From NCBI GenBank assembly GCA_963772785.1, contig CAVYYR010000005.1:5381-69380 (forward strand): a stretch of DNA of 64,000 nt, read 5' to 3'. Below are positions 42,373-57,334 of the stretch, piece by piece (the stretch's first letter is position 1; every line of letters starts with the position of its first letter). The stretch comes from an uncultured Bacillaceae bacterium (GTDB taxonomy: Bacteria > Bacillota > Bacilli > Bacillales > Halobacillaceae). A model generated the notes under the pieces. It did not search any database. It had not been told where the DNA came from and saw nothing but the letters and a program-made list of their open reading frames with translations. Made by a program: the position numbers and the translations under genes.

Positions 42373-43479
42373 ATGGTGAAGGCTGTGTTTGTAGACAAGT
42401 GGAACAACGCATATACCCCGAATCGAACAGACTGGAAGCCGGAAGAAGGTATATTCCGTATGAAGCCGTATCCGGTGAAATTTCCAATGAAGCAGATAAA
42501 AGAGAGGCAGGCAACTATGTGGCGCTATCAGGAAGCTTTGCCTTTTGAGAACACAGATACATATACCTCTATAACCATGGGAGAAGGGATGACCCCGCTC
42601 GTCCCTCTCGACGCTGATCATCCAAACCTTTTGATGAAAATGGACTACCTCATGCCGACTGGTTCTTTTAAAGACCGCGGAGCTGCCGTGTTAATCGCAA
42701 AAGCGAAAGAACTCGGCGTATCCTCTGTCATTGCCGACAGCAGCGGGAATGCCGGGACAGCTATTGCAGCGTACAGCGCTAGAGCCGGTATGAGCTGCCA
42801 TATCTATGTGCCAGATTCCACTTCTGAGAAAAAACTTGCTCAAATCGAAGCGCACGGGGCTCATATCCATAAAATTCCCGGGTCACGTGAGGATACGGCT
42901 GAGGCCGCAAAGCAAGCAGTGGAGAAAGAAAAACTCTATTACGCAAGTCACGTGTACAATCCATTTTTCTATGAAGGTACGAAAACATTTGCTTTTGAAG
43001 TCTGGGAGCAGCTGGGGGAACAGGTGCCGGATTCCCTCATTATTCCGGTCGGGAATGGGACACTTCTGCTCGGAGCCTATATTGGATTTCAGGATTTAAA
43101 AGAGGCCGGCGTCATCAACCGGATGCCAAGAATAATGGGTGTCCAGTCTGAGGCCTGTGCGCCGATTGCCCGTGCTTTTACAAACGGCGATCCCGTGAGT
43201 CCGGCAGAAAACAGTGGCACGCTAGCCGAAGGGATTGCCATTGCTGATCCCATGCGCGGGCCAGAGATTATAAAAGCGGTTAAAGATACGAAGGGCAAAA
43301 TAGTGACCGCGCCTGAGGAGGGCATAAAGTCTGCAGGAGAGGAACTTGCCGGGAAAGGTTTCTATGTAGAGCCGACAACCGCCGCTACGTACGCGGCTTA
43401 TCAGCAGCATAAAGCAGAAATTGTCCATCCCGATGAGACGGTTGTGATGGTGCTGTGCGGATCAGGGTTGAAGAAATAG
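42373..43479 (+). CDS. Threonine synthase-like PLP enzyme (stand-alone)
   Basis: ITMGEGMTPL, PTGSFKDRG, SSGNAG, PVGNG, VEPTTA, CGSGLK. Confidence 0.85.
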   Translation: MVKAVFVDKWNNAYTPNRTDWKPEEGIFRMKPYPVKFPMKQIKERQATMWRYQEALPFENTDTYTSITMGEGMTPLVPLDADHPNLLMKMDYLMPTGSFKDRGAAVLIAKAKELGVSSVIADSSGNAGTAIAAYSARAGMSCHIYVPDSTSEKKLAQIEAHGAHIHKIPGSREDTAEAAKQAVEKEKLYYASHVYNPFFYEGTKTFAFEVWEQLGEQVPDSLIIPVGNGTLLLGAYIGFQDLKEAGVINRMPRIMGVQSEACAPIARAFTNGDPVSPAENSGTLAEGIAIADPMRGPEIIKAVKDTKGKIVTAPEEGIKSAGEELAGKGFYVEPTTAATYAAYQQHKAEIVHPDETVVMVLCGSGLKK

Positions 43480-43539
43480 CTTCTAAGCAGGGCGGGACAG
43501 GCATAGGCTAGAAGAAACCTGTCCAAAAAGGGGATTTTT

Positions 43540-44145
43540 ATGATGAAATCCTTATTGAAAAAAGGCCTGATGATCTTGTTAGGAAGCTTATTTATTTCGC
43601 TTGGTATTAACTTTTTCCTCATGCCGGATCATGTGCTTGATGGGGGGATGATCGGACTTGGACTGATTGCTAATTATGTATGGGGGTTGAAAGTCGGTTT
43701 CACCATCATATTGTGCAGTATCCCGATTTTTACTATAGCCTGGTTCAGGTACCGCGCTTATTTCTATAACAGTCTCCATGGACTGCTCATCTCCTCCTTT
43801 TTCATTGATTTTCTTCATGGGATCAGAGCCTACCACTTGCCGCTTGACCCGGCGCTCAGTTCCATCGTTGGCGGTGCGTTCGTAGGGGGAGGGATCGGAC
43901 TCATGCTCCGTCATAAGACAAGCACTGGAGGAACTGACCTCCTTGCCCAAATGATTGCGGATATCTCGAGAATGAACGTCGGTTTTGTTATCTTCTTCAT
44001 CGATCTTGTGATTATTGGGATAAGCGGCTATGTTTTCTCCATGGAAACGCTGCTGCTATCCACCATTACTATATTAAGCGTGGGTCTGGTGACGATGCTG
44101 TGCACCTCGTCGCGGTTCTTCCCAAGTCGTTCAATTTTAGATTGA
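43540..44145 (+). CDS. YitT-family membrane protein
   Basis: DGGMIGL, STGGTDL, hydrophobic. Confidence 0.88.
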   Translation: MMKSLLKKGLMILLGSLFISLGINFFLMPDHVLDGGMIGLGLIANYVWGLKVGFTIILCSIPIFTIAWFRYRAYFYNSLHGLLISSFFIDFLHGIRAYHLPLDPALSSIVGGAFVGGGIGLMLRHKTSTGGTDLLAQMIADISRMNVGFVIFFIDLVIIGISGYVFSMETLLLSTITILSVGLVTMLCTSSRFFPSRSILD

Positions 44146-44308
44146 ACGGCTTTTTTGTTTGGGTTAAAAAGTCCTTGAATACGGAGGTCTGTCCTCTTAA
44201 GCCGGCAGACATAAAACATTCGCTAATTTCTCTCCCTTATCCATTCAACCCAGTAAGCAAAGTTTGCTATAATAAGTGAATGGACAAAAGTTTTTTTGGA
44301 GGACGGAA

Positions 44309-45001
44309 ATGAACAAACTGAGCGAGTGGAAGCATGTCTTCAAACTGGATCCGCAAAAGACGTTATCGGATCATGACCTGCAATTGATCTTGGAATCAGG
44401 TACGGACGCTGTGATCATCGGAGGCACGGACGGTGTAACCTTTGAAAATGTGAGTGATTTGTTTGACCGTGTCCAGCCCTATGATGTGCCGTGTCTGTTG
44501 GAAGTTTCAGATATAGAAGTGATTGCTCCTGAGTTTGATGGGTATCTCATTCCGATGGTGCTGAACAGCCGTGAGAAAAAATGGATGCTCGATATTCATC
44601 ATCAAGCGGTGAAGGAGTATGGCGACATAATGGATTGGGATCAGATGGTGGTTGAAGGCTATTGCGTCTTAAATGAGGAAGCTAAAGTTTTCAAACACGC
44701 CGAATGTTATCTCCCTGATGAAGAGGATGTTCTCGCCTATGCAAGGATGGCTGAACATATGTTTCATTTGCCGGTTTTTTACTTAGAATACAGCGGCACT
44801 TACGGAGATCCTGAGCTTGTTAAAAAGATAACCAATGAATTACAACATACAACAGTCGTTTACGGCGGCGGTATCAGGTCCAGCGAGCAGGCAGAAGAAA
44901 TGAGTGCTTGTGCAGACGTGATTGTCGTTGGCAACGTGCTGTACGAAGACCTTGACGCTGCCTTAAAGACCGTCAGCGCAGCCAAGAATTCTAATTTTTA
45001 A
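44309..45001 (+). CDS. pcrB: Heptaprenylglyceryl phosphate synthase
   Basis: HVFKLDP, SGTDAVIIGG, FYLEYSG, YGGGI. Confidence 0.95.
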   Translation: MNKLSEWKHVFKLDPQKTLSDHDLQLILESGTDAVIIGGTDGVTFENVSDLFDRVQPYDVPCLLEVSDIEVIAPEFDGYLIPMVLNSREKKWMLDIHHQAVKEYGDIMDWDQMVVEGYCVLNEEAKVFKHAECYLPDEEDVLAYARMAEHMFHLPVFYLEYSGTYGDPELVKKITNELQHTTVVYGGGIRSSEQAEEMSACADVIVVGNVLYEDLDAALKTVSAAKNSNF

Positions 45002-45017
45002 TTAAGGATGGTGTACG

Positions 45018-49279
<4,262 letters not shown>

Positions 49280-49396
49280 AACAGACAGGCGCCACTCCTC
49301 TAATGGAAACGAGTGGAGCTTTGGGGACAGGCAGGAAAGCCCGGCACAATTCACGGAAGATCATCGTTTCACGTAATTACATGGGGAGTGGGATAC

Positions 49397-50542
49397 ATGA
49401 GGAAGTGGCATGCACTGTTGGTTGGTTCATTGCTTTTGGTTAGCGCGTGTACGCCAGTGTTTGATAATAAAGATGAAGTCATTCAGGAAACAAAAGATAA
49501 GGACAGTAATCAGGCGATCATTCCGAATCATAGCATATCGGAAGAAACGTACCGCATGATTTTATCGGAAGACCGTTCCAAAGTTTCAAAAGCCCGGTCG
49601 GTCACGGTAAATCAGATGGGGAACCGGATGGACATCTCCGAGTTTGAGCAAGGCCTCAGGCGGCATTCTAAGGAATACTACGATCCGGAGGAATACTTTT
49701 TTCAGCCTGGACAGTTTCTTAGTGGAGATACAGTGTTTGACTGGCTGGGTAGATACGATGAGAGGCACAATGAAGGAGGTTTGAACCCGGAACTTATCGA
49801 AGACGAAGCAACAGCTGAACAGTTCCGTGAAAACCCTAAATATATATCGAACATTGTGGAGCAGGATTACCTGGTTAAAAAAAATGATGATGTCGTGGAA
49901 TTGGAAGGAATAACCATTGGTATTTCCTTACGAACCGTTTACAACTTCACTGCGGAAGGAAGGAATTATAAAGAAGACCATTCCACAGAAGAGCTTTTGA
50001 AAAAGGGAAAAGAGTATGCTGGAACGATTCTAAAGCGACTGCGAGAACGGGATCAGCTGAAAAACGTACCAGTGGTATTTGCTCTTTATGAAGAGGAAGA
50101 AGCAAGCTCCAAGGTTCCTGGTCAATTTTTAACCAAAACAATGGTGAAAGGCTCTTCTTCATCCATTGGTGACTGGAAAGACATTAATGAAAAACACGTC
50201 CTTTTCCCTTCGAAGGAAGCGGAGAATGACTACTTTGAAGATTCGCAGATATTCTCGGATTTCCGAGAGGAAGTATCTGATTACTTCCCGAACTTCGTAG
50301 GGATGATTGCCAACGGATTTTATGTGGATAATGAACTTCAGCAAGTGTCTATTGATATTCCGATCCAGTTCCGCTCCCAGTCAGAAGTGGTCGGATTCAC
50401 TCAGTATGTGTACGGTCTGGTAGTTGAAATGTTCCCGGACCACTATGATGTAGAAGTAAAAATTAACAGTATGGATCAACAGGAAAGCCTCATTGTCCAG
50501 CAGGCTGGCAAAGAGGAACCTTTCGTTCATATCTATGAATAA
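49397..50542 (+). CDS. camS: CamS-family lipoprotein
   Basis: Lipobox LVSAC; follows ligA as in B. subtilis (yerH). Confidence 0.88.
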   Translation: MRKWHALLVGSLLLVSACTPVFDNKDEVIQETKDKDSNQAIIPNHSISEETYRMILSEDRSKVSKARSVTVNQMGNRMDISEFEQGLRRHSKEYYDPEEYFFQPGQFLSGDTVFDWLGRYDERHNEGGLNPELIEDEATAEQFRENPKYISNIVEQDYLVKKNDDVVELEGITIGISLRTVYNFTAEGRNYKEDHSTEELLKKGKEYAGTILKRLRERDQLKNVPVVFALYEEEEASSKVPGQFLTKTMVKGSSSSIGDWKDINEKHVLFPSKEAENDYFEDSQIFSDFREEVSDYFPNFVGMIANGFYVDNELQQVSIDIPIQFRSQSEVVGFTQYVYGLVVEMFPDHYDVEVKINSMDQQESLIVQQAGKEEPFVHIYE

Positions 50543-50551
50543 ATATCTTGG

Positions 50552-50586
50552 GCCGCGTGGATGCTAAACATCGACGCGGCTTTTTT
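50552..50586 (+). terminator. Terminator of pcrB-camS
   Basis: GCCGCGT...ACGCGGC plus T-run. Confidence 0.75.
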
Positions 50587-50770
50587 GTATTTAGAGATAT
50601 GCAAATTTCGAGCAAATTCGATTTACTATACTTATATGGACGAAAATTTGCTATGTGAAGAGTTGTATTTAGTTTAAGTATTCAAATTAAGCTAAATCAG
50701 ATTATTTGCGGTTATTTGATTTGTGGAAGAGATGAAGTTGCGGTAAAATAAGCTTTGGAAAAGCCGTGGT

Positions 50771-50785
50771 AATTTTCGAAAAATT
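50771..50785. promoter_or_regulatory. Candidate CodY box upstream of pruA
   Basis: AATTTTCGAAAAATT, 13/15 match to AATTTTCWGAAAATT. Confidence 0.5.
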
Positions 50786-50829
50786 ATCCGGCGTCTGTAT
50801 GTATTTATTCCTTTAGGAGGCGGGTAACC

Positions 50830-52380
50830 ATGGTGGTCCCTTACAAACATGAACCATTTACCGATTTCAGTATTGAAGAAAATCGCAGAGCACTTGAATC
50901 TGCTCTTAAGCAGGTGGAAGCAGAGTTAGGAAAGACGTATCCTTTGATTATCGGCGGCGAACGGATTATGACCGATGACAAAATTGAAGTGGTGAATCCA
51001 GCAGATAAGAAAGAAGTAATTGGGTACGTCGCAAAAGCAAACCAGGATCTCGCAGAAAAAGCGCATAGAATTGCCGACGAGACCTTTAGCTGGTGGCGCA
51101 AAACAAAAGCTTCGTTCCGTGCTGACATCCTATTCCGTGCCGCAGCCATTGTCCGCCGGCGTAAGCATGAGTTTACAGCTCATCTTGTTAAAGAAGGCGG
51201 AAAGCCGTGGAAAGAAGCAGACGCCGATACAGCGGAAGCCATCGATTTTATGGAGTTCTACGCTCGTCAGATGCTTGATATTGATAAAGGCGTAGAAATC
51301 AATTCCCGTCCAATTGAAAATAACCGATTCCATTACATCCCGCTTGGTGTAGGCGTGGTTATTTCTCCGTGGAACTTTTTGTTTGCGATCATGTGCGGTA
51401 CCACCGTCGCAGCTATGGTATCCGGAAACACGGTTTTACTCAAACCCGCAAGCTCCACACCTATTATTGCTTATAAAATGATGGAGGTCCTTGAGGAAGC
51501 CGGTCTTCCTGCCGGAGTCATTAATTATATTCCGGGGAGCGGAAAAGAAGTGGGGGATTACCTTGTAGACCACCCTCGGACTCGATTTATCAGTTTCACT
51601 GGATCCCGTGAAGTTGGTACCCGAATCTTCGAACGCGCGGCTAAAGTCCATGAAGGTCAAAAGTGGCTGAAGCGCACCATCATTGAAATGGGCGGTAAAG
51701 ATACGATCATCGTTGATGAAGATTCCGACCTCGAACTGGCCGCTGACGCCATTACCTATTCTGCTTTTGGCTTCTCCGGCCAAAAGTGTTCGGCATGCTC
51801 CCGCGTGGTCGCCCATAAAGCTGTGTACGATGAGCTGCTCGAGCGTGTCGTCCAGAAAACAAAGAATGAAGTCAGTCATGGCAATCCTGCTGATAACCGC
51901 TCGTACATGGGGCCGGTCATTGATCAGGGGGCGTATGACAAGATTCTTAATTACATTGAAATTGGCAAGAAAGAAGGGAAGCTGATGGCGGGAGGAAAAG
52001 GCGATAACAGCAAAGGCTGGTTTATTGAGCCAACCGTCTTCGCAGATCTGGATCCTGACAGTACGATTATGCAGGAAGAAATCTTTGGTCCTGTGTTAGG
52101 GTTTATGAAAGCTTCTTCTTTTGATGAAGCATTGGAAATTGCCAACAACACAGATTATGGGCTTACCGGTGCTGTTATTACCAATAACCGTCAGCACATT
52201 GAGAAGGCCAGAGAAGATTTCCATGTTGGAAACTTATACTTTAACCGCGGATGTACGGCTGCGATTGTCGGCTACCATCCATTTGGAGGCTTTAATATGT
52301 CCGGTACCGACTCCAAAGCCGGTGGCCCTGACTATTTGTATCATCATATGCAAGGTAAGACCACCTCTGAAATGCTGTAA
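50830..52380 (+). CDS. pruA: 1-pyrroline-5-carboxylate dehydrogenase
   Basis: [36 protein letters not shown]. Confidence 0.96.
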   Translation: MVVPYKHEPFTDFSIEENRRALESALKQVEAELGKTYPLIIGGERIMTDDKIEVVNPADKKEVIGYVAKANQDLAEKAHRIADETFSWWRKTKASFRADILFRAAAIVRRRKHEFTAHLVKEGGKPWKEADADTAEAIDFMEFYARQMLDIDKGVEINSRPIENNRFHYIPLGVGVVISPWNFLFAIMCGTTVAAMVSGNTVLLKPASSTPIIAYKMMEVLEEAGLPAGVINYIPGSGKEVGDYLVDHPRTRFISFTGSREVGTRIFERAAKVHEGQKWLKRTIIEMGGKDTIIVDEDSDLELAADAITYSAFGFSGQKCSACSRVVAHKAVYDELLERVVQKTKNEVSHGNPADNRSYMGPVIDQGAYDKILNYIEIGKKEGKLMAGGKGDNSKGWFIEPTVFADLDPDSTIMQEEIFGPVLGFMKASSFDEALEIANNTDYGLTGAVITNNRQHIEKAREDFHVGNLYFNRGCTAAIVGYHPFGGFNMSGTDSKAGGPDYLYHHMQGKTTSEML

Positions 52381-52389
52381 ATCATGATT

Positions 52390-52433
52390 AAACCCATTCT
52401 CTGCGATAAAAAAAGCGGAGAATGGGTTTTTTT
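52390..52433 (+). terminator. Terminator after pruA
   Basis: AAACCCATTCTC...GAGAATGGGTTT plus T-run. Confidence 0.8.
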
Positions 52434-52741
52434 TAGAAAATGGAGCATACTACATGTAGCAGCAAAAGAGAAGAAATAGATAAAAAATGGTAAACACACC
52501 AATAAAATTAAAAAAATTTAATGAATGTTTATAGTTATTTCAGCGAATATGTGTATATAAATACAATATTTGCGCATAAAAATTCACAATCGAGAATATG
52601 TCTCAATTTTTGCAATGTTCTTGTAATTATACTATGATATAGTTGTACTTGTGTTTGACTTTTGAGACTTCTATGACTTATGTATCACAAGTAAAAACTA
52701 TTGCATAGGAGTGCATATTACGACATACAGGAGGTGAAAAT

Positions 52742-52870
52742 GTGTTTGAACTAGCGACTGCAGCTGCTTCATATTCCATTTCAGGGGCAACCTGGTTCTG
52801 GTTGTTTGTCCCTATGCCTATCTTAATTATTTTATCCATTATTACACTATTTACTGAGAGGAGCGACTAA
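52742..52870 (+). CDS. 42-aa single-TM small protein upstream of putP, not in ORF track
   Basis: GGAGGTG SD 52730-36, GTG 52742; MFELATAAASYSISGATWFWLFVPMPILIILSIITLFTERSD; stop 6 nt before putP. Confidence 0.7.
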   Translation: MFELATAAASYSISGATWFWLFVPMPILIILSIITLFTERSD

Positions 52871-52876
52871 AAAAAC

Positions 52877-54388
52877 ATGAGTACAGCAACGTTAATAACG
52901 TTTATTATTTATCTAATTGGTATGCTTGGTATCGGTTTTGCCGCATATCGTTTAACAAGTGATTTATCTGACTATGTATTAGGCGGCCGCCGTCTCGGTC
53001 CAGGAGTAGCCGCACTTAGTGCCGGTGCCTCTGATATGAGTGGCTGGTTGCTATTAGGTCTTCCAGGTGCTATTTACGCATCCGGTTTATCCGAGGCGTG
53101 GATTGGTGTAGGTCTCGCTATTGGTGCTTACCTAAACTGGCAGTTTGTTGCCCGCCGTCTGCGTGTCTTTACAGAAGTGGCGAACGATTCCATTACGGTA
53201 CCGGACTATCTTGAAAACCGTTTCCGTGATAAATCCCACATTCTGCGTGTAATTTCCGCAGCTGTTATTTTACTATTCTTCACATTCTACACCTCTTCCG
53301 GTATGGTTGCCGGCGCGAAGCTGTTCGAAGCTTCCTTTGCATTAAGCTATACACAAGCTCTTTGGCTTGGAGCTATTGTAACGATATCATATACCTTCCT
53401 TGGAGGATTCCTGGCTGTAAGCTGGACAGACTTTGTTCAGGGTATCCTTATGTTCCTGGCTCTAATTGCCGTGCCAATTGTAGCTATTTCTGAAATGGGA
53501 GGCTGGAATAACGCCGTCGACGCTGTTGGTCAAATCGACCCGGCTCACTTGAACATGGTACAGGGAGTAGGCGCATTAGCTATTATTTCATCTCTAGCCT
53601 GGGGTCTTGGTTATTTCGGGCAGCCCCACATTCTTGTACGTTTCATGGCCCTTCGTTCACCTAAAGATGTTCCGAAAGCCCGTTTTATCGGTGTAGGCTG
53701 GATGGTTCTAGGTCTTTACGGTGCGATCTTCACAGGTCTTGTTGGACTTGCTTACATTAACACAGCTGATGTTGGTGAGTTGAGCACGTTTAATGCAGAA
53801 GTTATGAGTGAAGGCGGCGTGCAGATGCTTGCCGATGCTGAGAAGATCTTTATTACCTTCTCACAAATTCTGTTCCACCCTGTCATCGCAGGTATCCTGC
53901 TTGCAGCGATTCTGTCTGCAATCATGAGTACGATTGACTCTCAGCTGCTTGTATCTTCTTCTGCTCTTGCAGAGGACTTCTATAAAGCGCTGTTCCGTCC
54001 AAACGCAACTGAGCGTGAGCTTGTATGGGTTGGACGTGTAGCGGTTGCCGGTATCGCCTTAATTGCCGTATTGATTGCCGGAAACCCGGACAGTTCTGTA
54101 CTTGATCTTGTATCTTATGCCTGGGCAGGATTCGGTGCCGCATTCGGTCCGATCATCATCTTGTCCTTGTTCTGGAAAGGCATTACCCGTAACGGTGCGC
54201 TTGCCGGTATTATTGTCGGTGCGGTAACTGTTGTTGTATGGGGTGACTTCCTGAGCGGTGGTATCTTTGATCTTTATGAAATCGTACCTGGTTTCATCTT
54301 GAACTTAATTGTAGCTATTGCGGTCAGTGCTGCAGGTGACCCGCCGAAAGAAATTATTGAAGAATTTGATGAAGCAGCCCGTCGTTAA
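52877..54388 (+). CDS. putP: Sodium/proline symporter (PutP/OpuE)
   Basis: DYVLGGR, SAGASDMSGWLLLG, GQPHIL, AIMSTIDSQLL. Confidence 0.95.
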   Translation: MSTATLITFIIYLIGMLGIGFAAYRLTSDLSDYVLGGRRLGPGVAALSAGASDMSGWLLLGLPGAIYASGLSEAWIGVGLAIGAYLNWQFVARRLRVFTEVANDSITVPDYLENRFRDKSHILRVISAAVILLFFTFYTSSGMVAGAKLFEASFALSYTQALWLGAIVTISYTFLGGFLAVSWTDFVQGILMFLALIAVPIVAISEMGGWNNAVDAVGQIDPAHLNMVQGVGALAIISSLAWGLGYFGQPHILVRFMALRSPKDVPKARFIGVGWMVLGLYGAIFTGLVGLAYINTADVGELSTFNAEVMSEGGVQMLADAEKIFITFSQILFHPVIAGILLAAILSAIMSTIDSQLLVSSSALAEDFYKALFRPNATERELVWVGRVAVAGIALIAVLIAGNPDSSVLDLVSYAWAGFGAAFGPIIILSLFWKGITRNGALAGIIVGAVTVVVWGDFLSGGIFDLYEIVPGFILNLIVAIAVSAAGDPPKEIIEEFDEAARR

Positions 54389-54403
54389 TTCGATGAGCCT
54401 GCT

Positions 54404-54437
54404 AAAAGGATCTCCGGTCTTCCGGAGATCTTTTTTT
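54404..54437 (+). terminator. Terminator after putP
   Basis: GATCTCCGG...CCGGAGATC plus T-run. Confidence 0.8.
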
Positions 54438-54480
54438 GTTTCATAATGTATGGCTTGTTACACATAAGCTCTTGATTCTG

Positions 54481-55299
54481 TAAGATTTGATTTCGAAACC
54501 CTCGACACGACGTGGCGTTCTTAGTCGAACATCCCTTGTGCTGAGCCTCGAGCTAAAGCTCTCCGGGGTCTCACTGATCATTTATCCCGCTCTTACACTT
54601 TGGGAAGTGGCAAGCGTCAATTATGACCTAAACGACAAGGAGAGCTATCCAGCTCCAGCACCTAGCGTCTAGTGAGACTTCCCTCACTTCTGTACGATAA
54701 GGCAACATCGAATCGCCCCGCTCTTCGTGTTCTCTTTATCTCCGCCAGCTCCAGGCTAGTTTTGGTGCCTAGCCTCTCGAGGTCTTAAGTCCAACCATGA
54801 CAGGAAGAAGGGCGCTTCCTTTCATGGTCGTTCTTAAGCTTGTCGAGGCTGGACAAGGCACCTCCACATTTGAACGTCCAGTCCATACGCCGCTGACCAA
54901 GGTGCTTCCGCTTTTAACCTAGGAGTCTTCAACGTCCCCCTCCGGACCTTGCCGAATCAGAAGCTCAAAACGACTTTATTCTACACACGCATGAAAAGAA
55001 ATAACTGCATTTACGTTAATTAATCTCAGGTTGGAACTATGCGGGATAGCCTGTTATATAAGCATTTTTAGTCAGGATAAGGAAACGGATCATCATTTTT
55101 GAAGGGTCCGTTCCTCTTCATACAATTGGGCTGGTGGGGAAATGGCGAGACTCCCATGGGAGAAGGGACTAGGTGAGATCCCACAGGGAGTGAAACGAGC
55201 GAGGAAGCTCACCGTTCCCCCATAGGAAAGCGAGTTATTTCCCCGACCACCCCTTTTCCATTTAACTCAACGGACCTAATAATCTCGAAATCGAGTCCT
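54481..55299. repeat. Composite palindromic repeat, copy 4 (degenerate left end; insert B 54589-54920 containing insert B2 54752-54875; C fragment ~54500-54535)
   Basis: Module X differs from copy 2 at 2 positions in ~107 bp; insert B collinear with 23316-23524. Confidence 0.82.
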
Positions 55300-55559
55300 C
55301 CCAGTCCATCCGACAACCCAATAGGGTAAGAACTATTCTTATTTAAGTTAATCACAATATCTAACGCCCGCATTTCAAAAGTTAACGTTCACCTGCCTGG
55401 ATCTATGGAAAGGTTTAATATTAGGAAGAGCGGTGCACGCTAAGACAGCCGGAGGCCATTTATGTTAAGATAAGAAGGGTAAAAATAGCGCACGTTGATT
55501 CATAAGCCGTATATTTGGTATGATCATATATTATGTGAGATCGAAATGGAGGTCGCATT

Positions 55560-55850
55560 ATGTCAAGAATTAGTAAAGACGAAGTGAAGCACGTGGCCAA
55601 CCTGGCACGCCTTGCTATCACAGAAGACGAAGCCGATACATTCACAAAACAGCTCGACGATATTATTACGTACGCCGAGCAACTGAATGAACTCGACACA
55701 GAGGGAGTAGCTCCTACTACCCACGTACTGGATCTGAAGAATGTCTTACGTAAAGACGAGCCTAAAGAATGGCTGAACAAAGAAGATGTACTTAATAACG
55801 CACCCGAGCATAAAGATGGACAATTCAAAGTGCCATCGGTACTGGAATAG
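55560..55850 (+). CDS. gatC: Asp/Glu-tRNA amidotransferase subunit C
   Basis: [25 protein letters not shown]. Confidence 0.97.
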   Translation: MSRISKDEVKHVANLARLAITEDEADTFTKQLDDIITYAEQLNELDTEGVAPTTHVLDLKNVLRKDEPKEWLNKEDVLNNAPEHKDGQFKVPSVLE

Positions 55851-55861
55851 GAGGTTTGATC

Positions 55862-57334
55862 ATGTCTCTATTTGACTATACATTACGTGAGCTTCAAGAG
55901 AAGCTACATAATCAGGAGATCCGAGTAACGGATCTTGTAGACGAGTCGTATAAACGAATTGAAGAGGTAGACGGGCAAGTGAAGGCTTTCTTAACGCTAA
56001 ATGAAGAAGCCGCCCGCGCCCAGGCTGCAGAACTCGATCAGCAGCGAGGCGACAGCGCCGCTAAACTGTTCGGTCTGCCAATTGGTGTAAAGGACAACAT
56101 CGTAACCAAAGGTCTCCGCACCACAGCCGGAAGCCAGATTCTAAGTAATTTTAACGACCCATTGTACGATGCTACGGTCGTCAAAAAGTTGAATGACGCG
56201 AAGTCCATTACCATTGGTAAACTCAACATGGACGAGTTTGCTATGGGTTCTTCTAATGAAAACTCAAGCTACGACGCGGTCCGTAACCCTTGGAATACCG
56301 ATTACGTTCCAGGCGGATCAAGCGGTGGCTCAGCAGCGGCTGTAGCTGCTGGAGAAGTTCCTTATTCACTCGGTTCCGATACCGGCGGATCGATCCGTCA
56401 GCCCGCCGCTTACTGCGGGGTTGTCGGCTTGAAACCAACGTATGGCCGTGTCTCCCGTTTCGGTTTAGTCGCTTTTGCTTCCTCTTTGGATCAAATCGGT
56501 CCAATTACACGCAACGTGGAAGACAATGCGTTCTTGCTGGAAACCATTGCTGGACACGACAACATGGATTCAACTTCAGCGAACGTTGAGGTTCCAAATT
56601 ACAGTGAAGCTCTTACAGGCGATGTTAAAGGACTGAAAATCGCCGTACCAAAAGAATACCTTAGTGAAGGTGTTTCTTCTGAAGTGAAGGAAGCCGTTCA
56701 GGCCGCCCTTCAGAAATATGAAGAACTTGGAGCCACATGGGAAGAAGTTTCTCTTCCGCACTCTAAATATGCTCTATCCACGTACTACCTGATCGCTTCC
56801 TCTGAAGCTTCTGCCAACCTGGCCCGTTTTGACGGTGTCCGTTACGGCAAGCGCGCACAAGATGCCGAGACGATGCTCGACATGTTCAAGCGCTCCCGTG
56901 CTGAAGGCTTCGGTGACGAAGTGAAACGCCGGATTATGCTTGGAACCTTTGCACTAAGCTCCGGGTACTATGACGCTTACTATAAAAAAGCTCAGCAGGT
57001 ACGTACGCTGATTAAGAACGATTTTGAAAAAGTATTCGCAGATTACGACGTAATTATAGGGCCGACGACGCCTACACCAGCCTTTAAAATAGGGGATAAA
57101 GTCGATGATCCGATGACGATGTATGCGAACGATATCCTGACCATCCCTGTAAACCTGGCAGGTGTTCCAGGTATTTCGATCCCATGCGGCTTCTCCTCTA
57201 ATGGTCTTCCGATCGGTTTGCAAATCATCGGAAACCACTTTGATGAAAGCAGTGTGTATCGTACCGCTCATGCCTTCGAACAGGCTACTGAATTCCATAA
57301 ACAACGCCCGTCCCTTGGAGGTGCGCGCTCATGA
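55862..57334 (+). CDS. gatA: Asp/Glu-tRNA amidotransferase subunit A
   Basis: [28 protein letters not shown]. Confidence 0.98.
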   Translation: MSLFDYTLRELQEKLHNQEIRVTDLVDESYKRIEEVDGQVKAFLTLNEEAARAQAAELDQQRGDSAAKLFGLPIGVKDNIVTKGLRTTAGSQILSNFNDPLYDATVVKKLNDAKSITIGKLNMDEFAMGSSNENSSYDAVRNPWNTDYVPGGSSGGSAAAVAAGEVPYSLGSDTGGSIRQPAAYCGVVGLKPTYGRVSRFGLVAFASSLDQIGPITRNVEDNAFLLETIAGHDNMDSTSANVEVPNYSEALTGDVKGLKIAVPKEYLSEGVSSEVKEAVQAALQKYEELGATWEEVSLPHSKYALSTYYLIASSEASANLARFDGVRYGKRAQDAETMLDMFKRSRAEGFGDEVKRRIMLGTFALSSGYYDAYYKKAQQVRTLIKNDFEKVFADYDVIIGPTTPTPAFKIGDKVDDPMTMYANDILTIPVNLAGVPGISIPCGFSSNGLPIGLQIIGNHFDESSVYRTAHAFEQATEFHKQRPSLGGARS

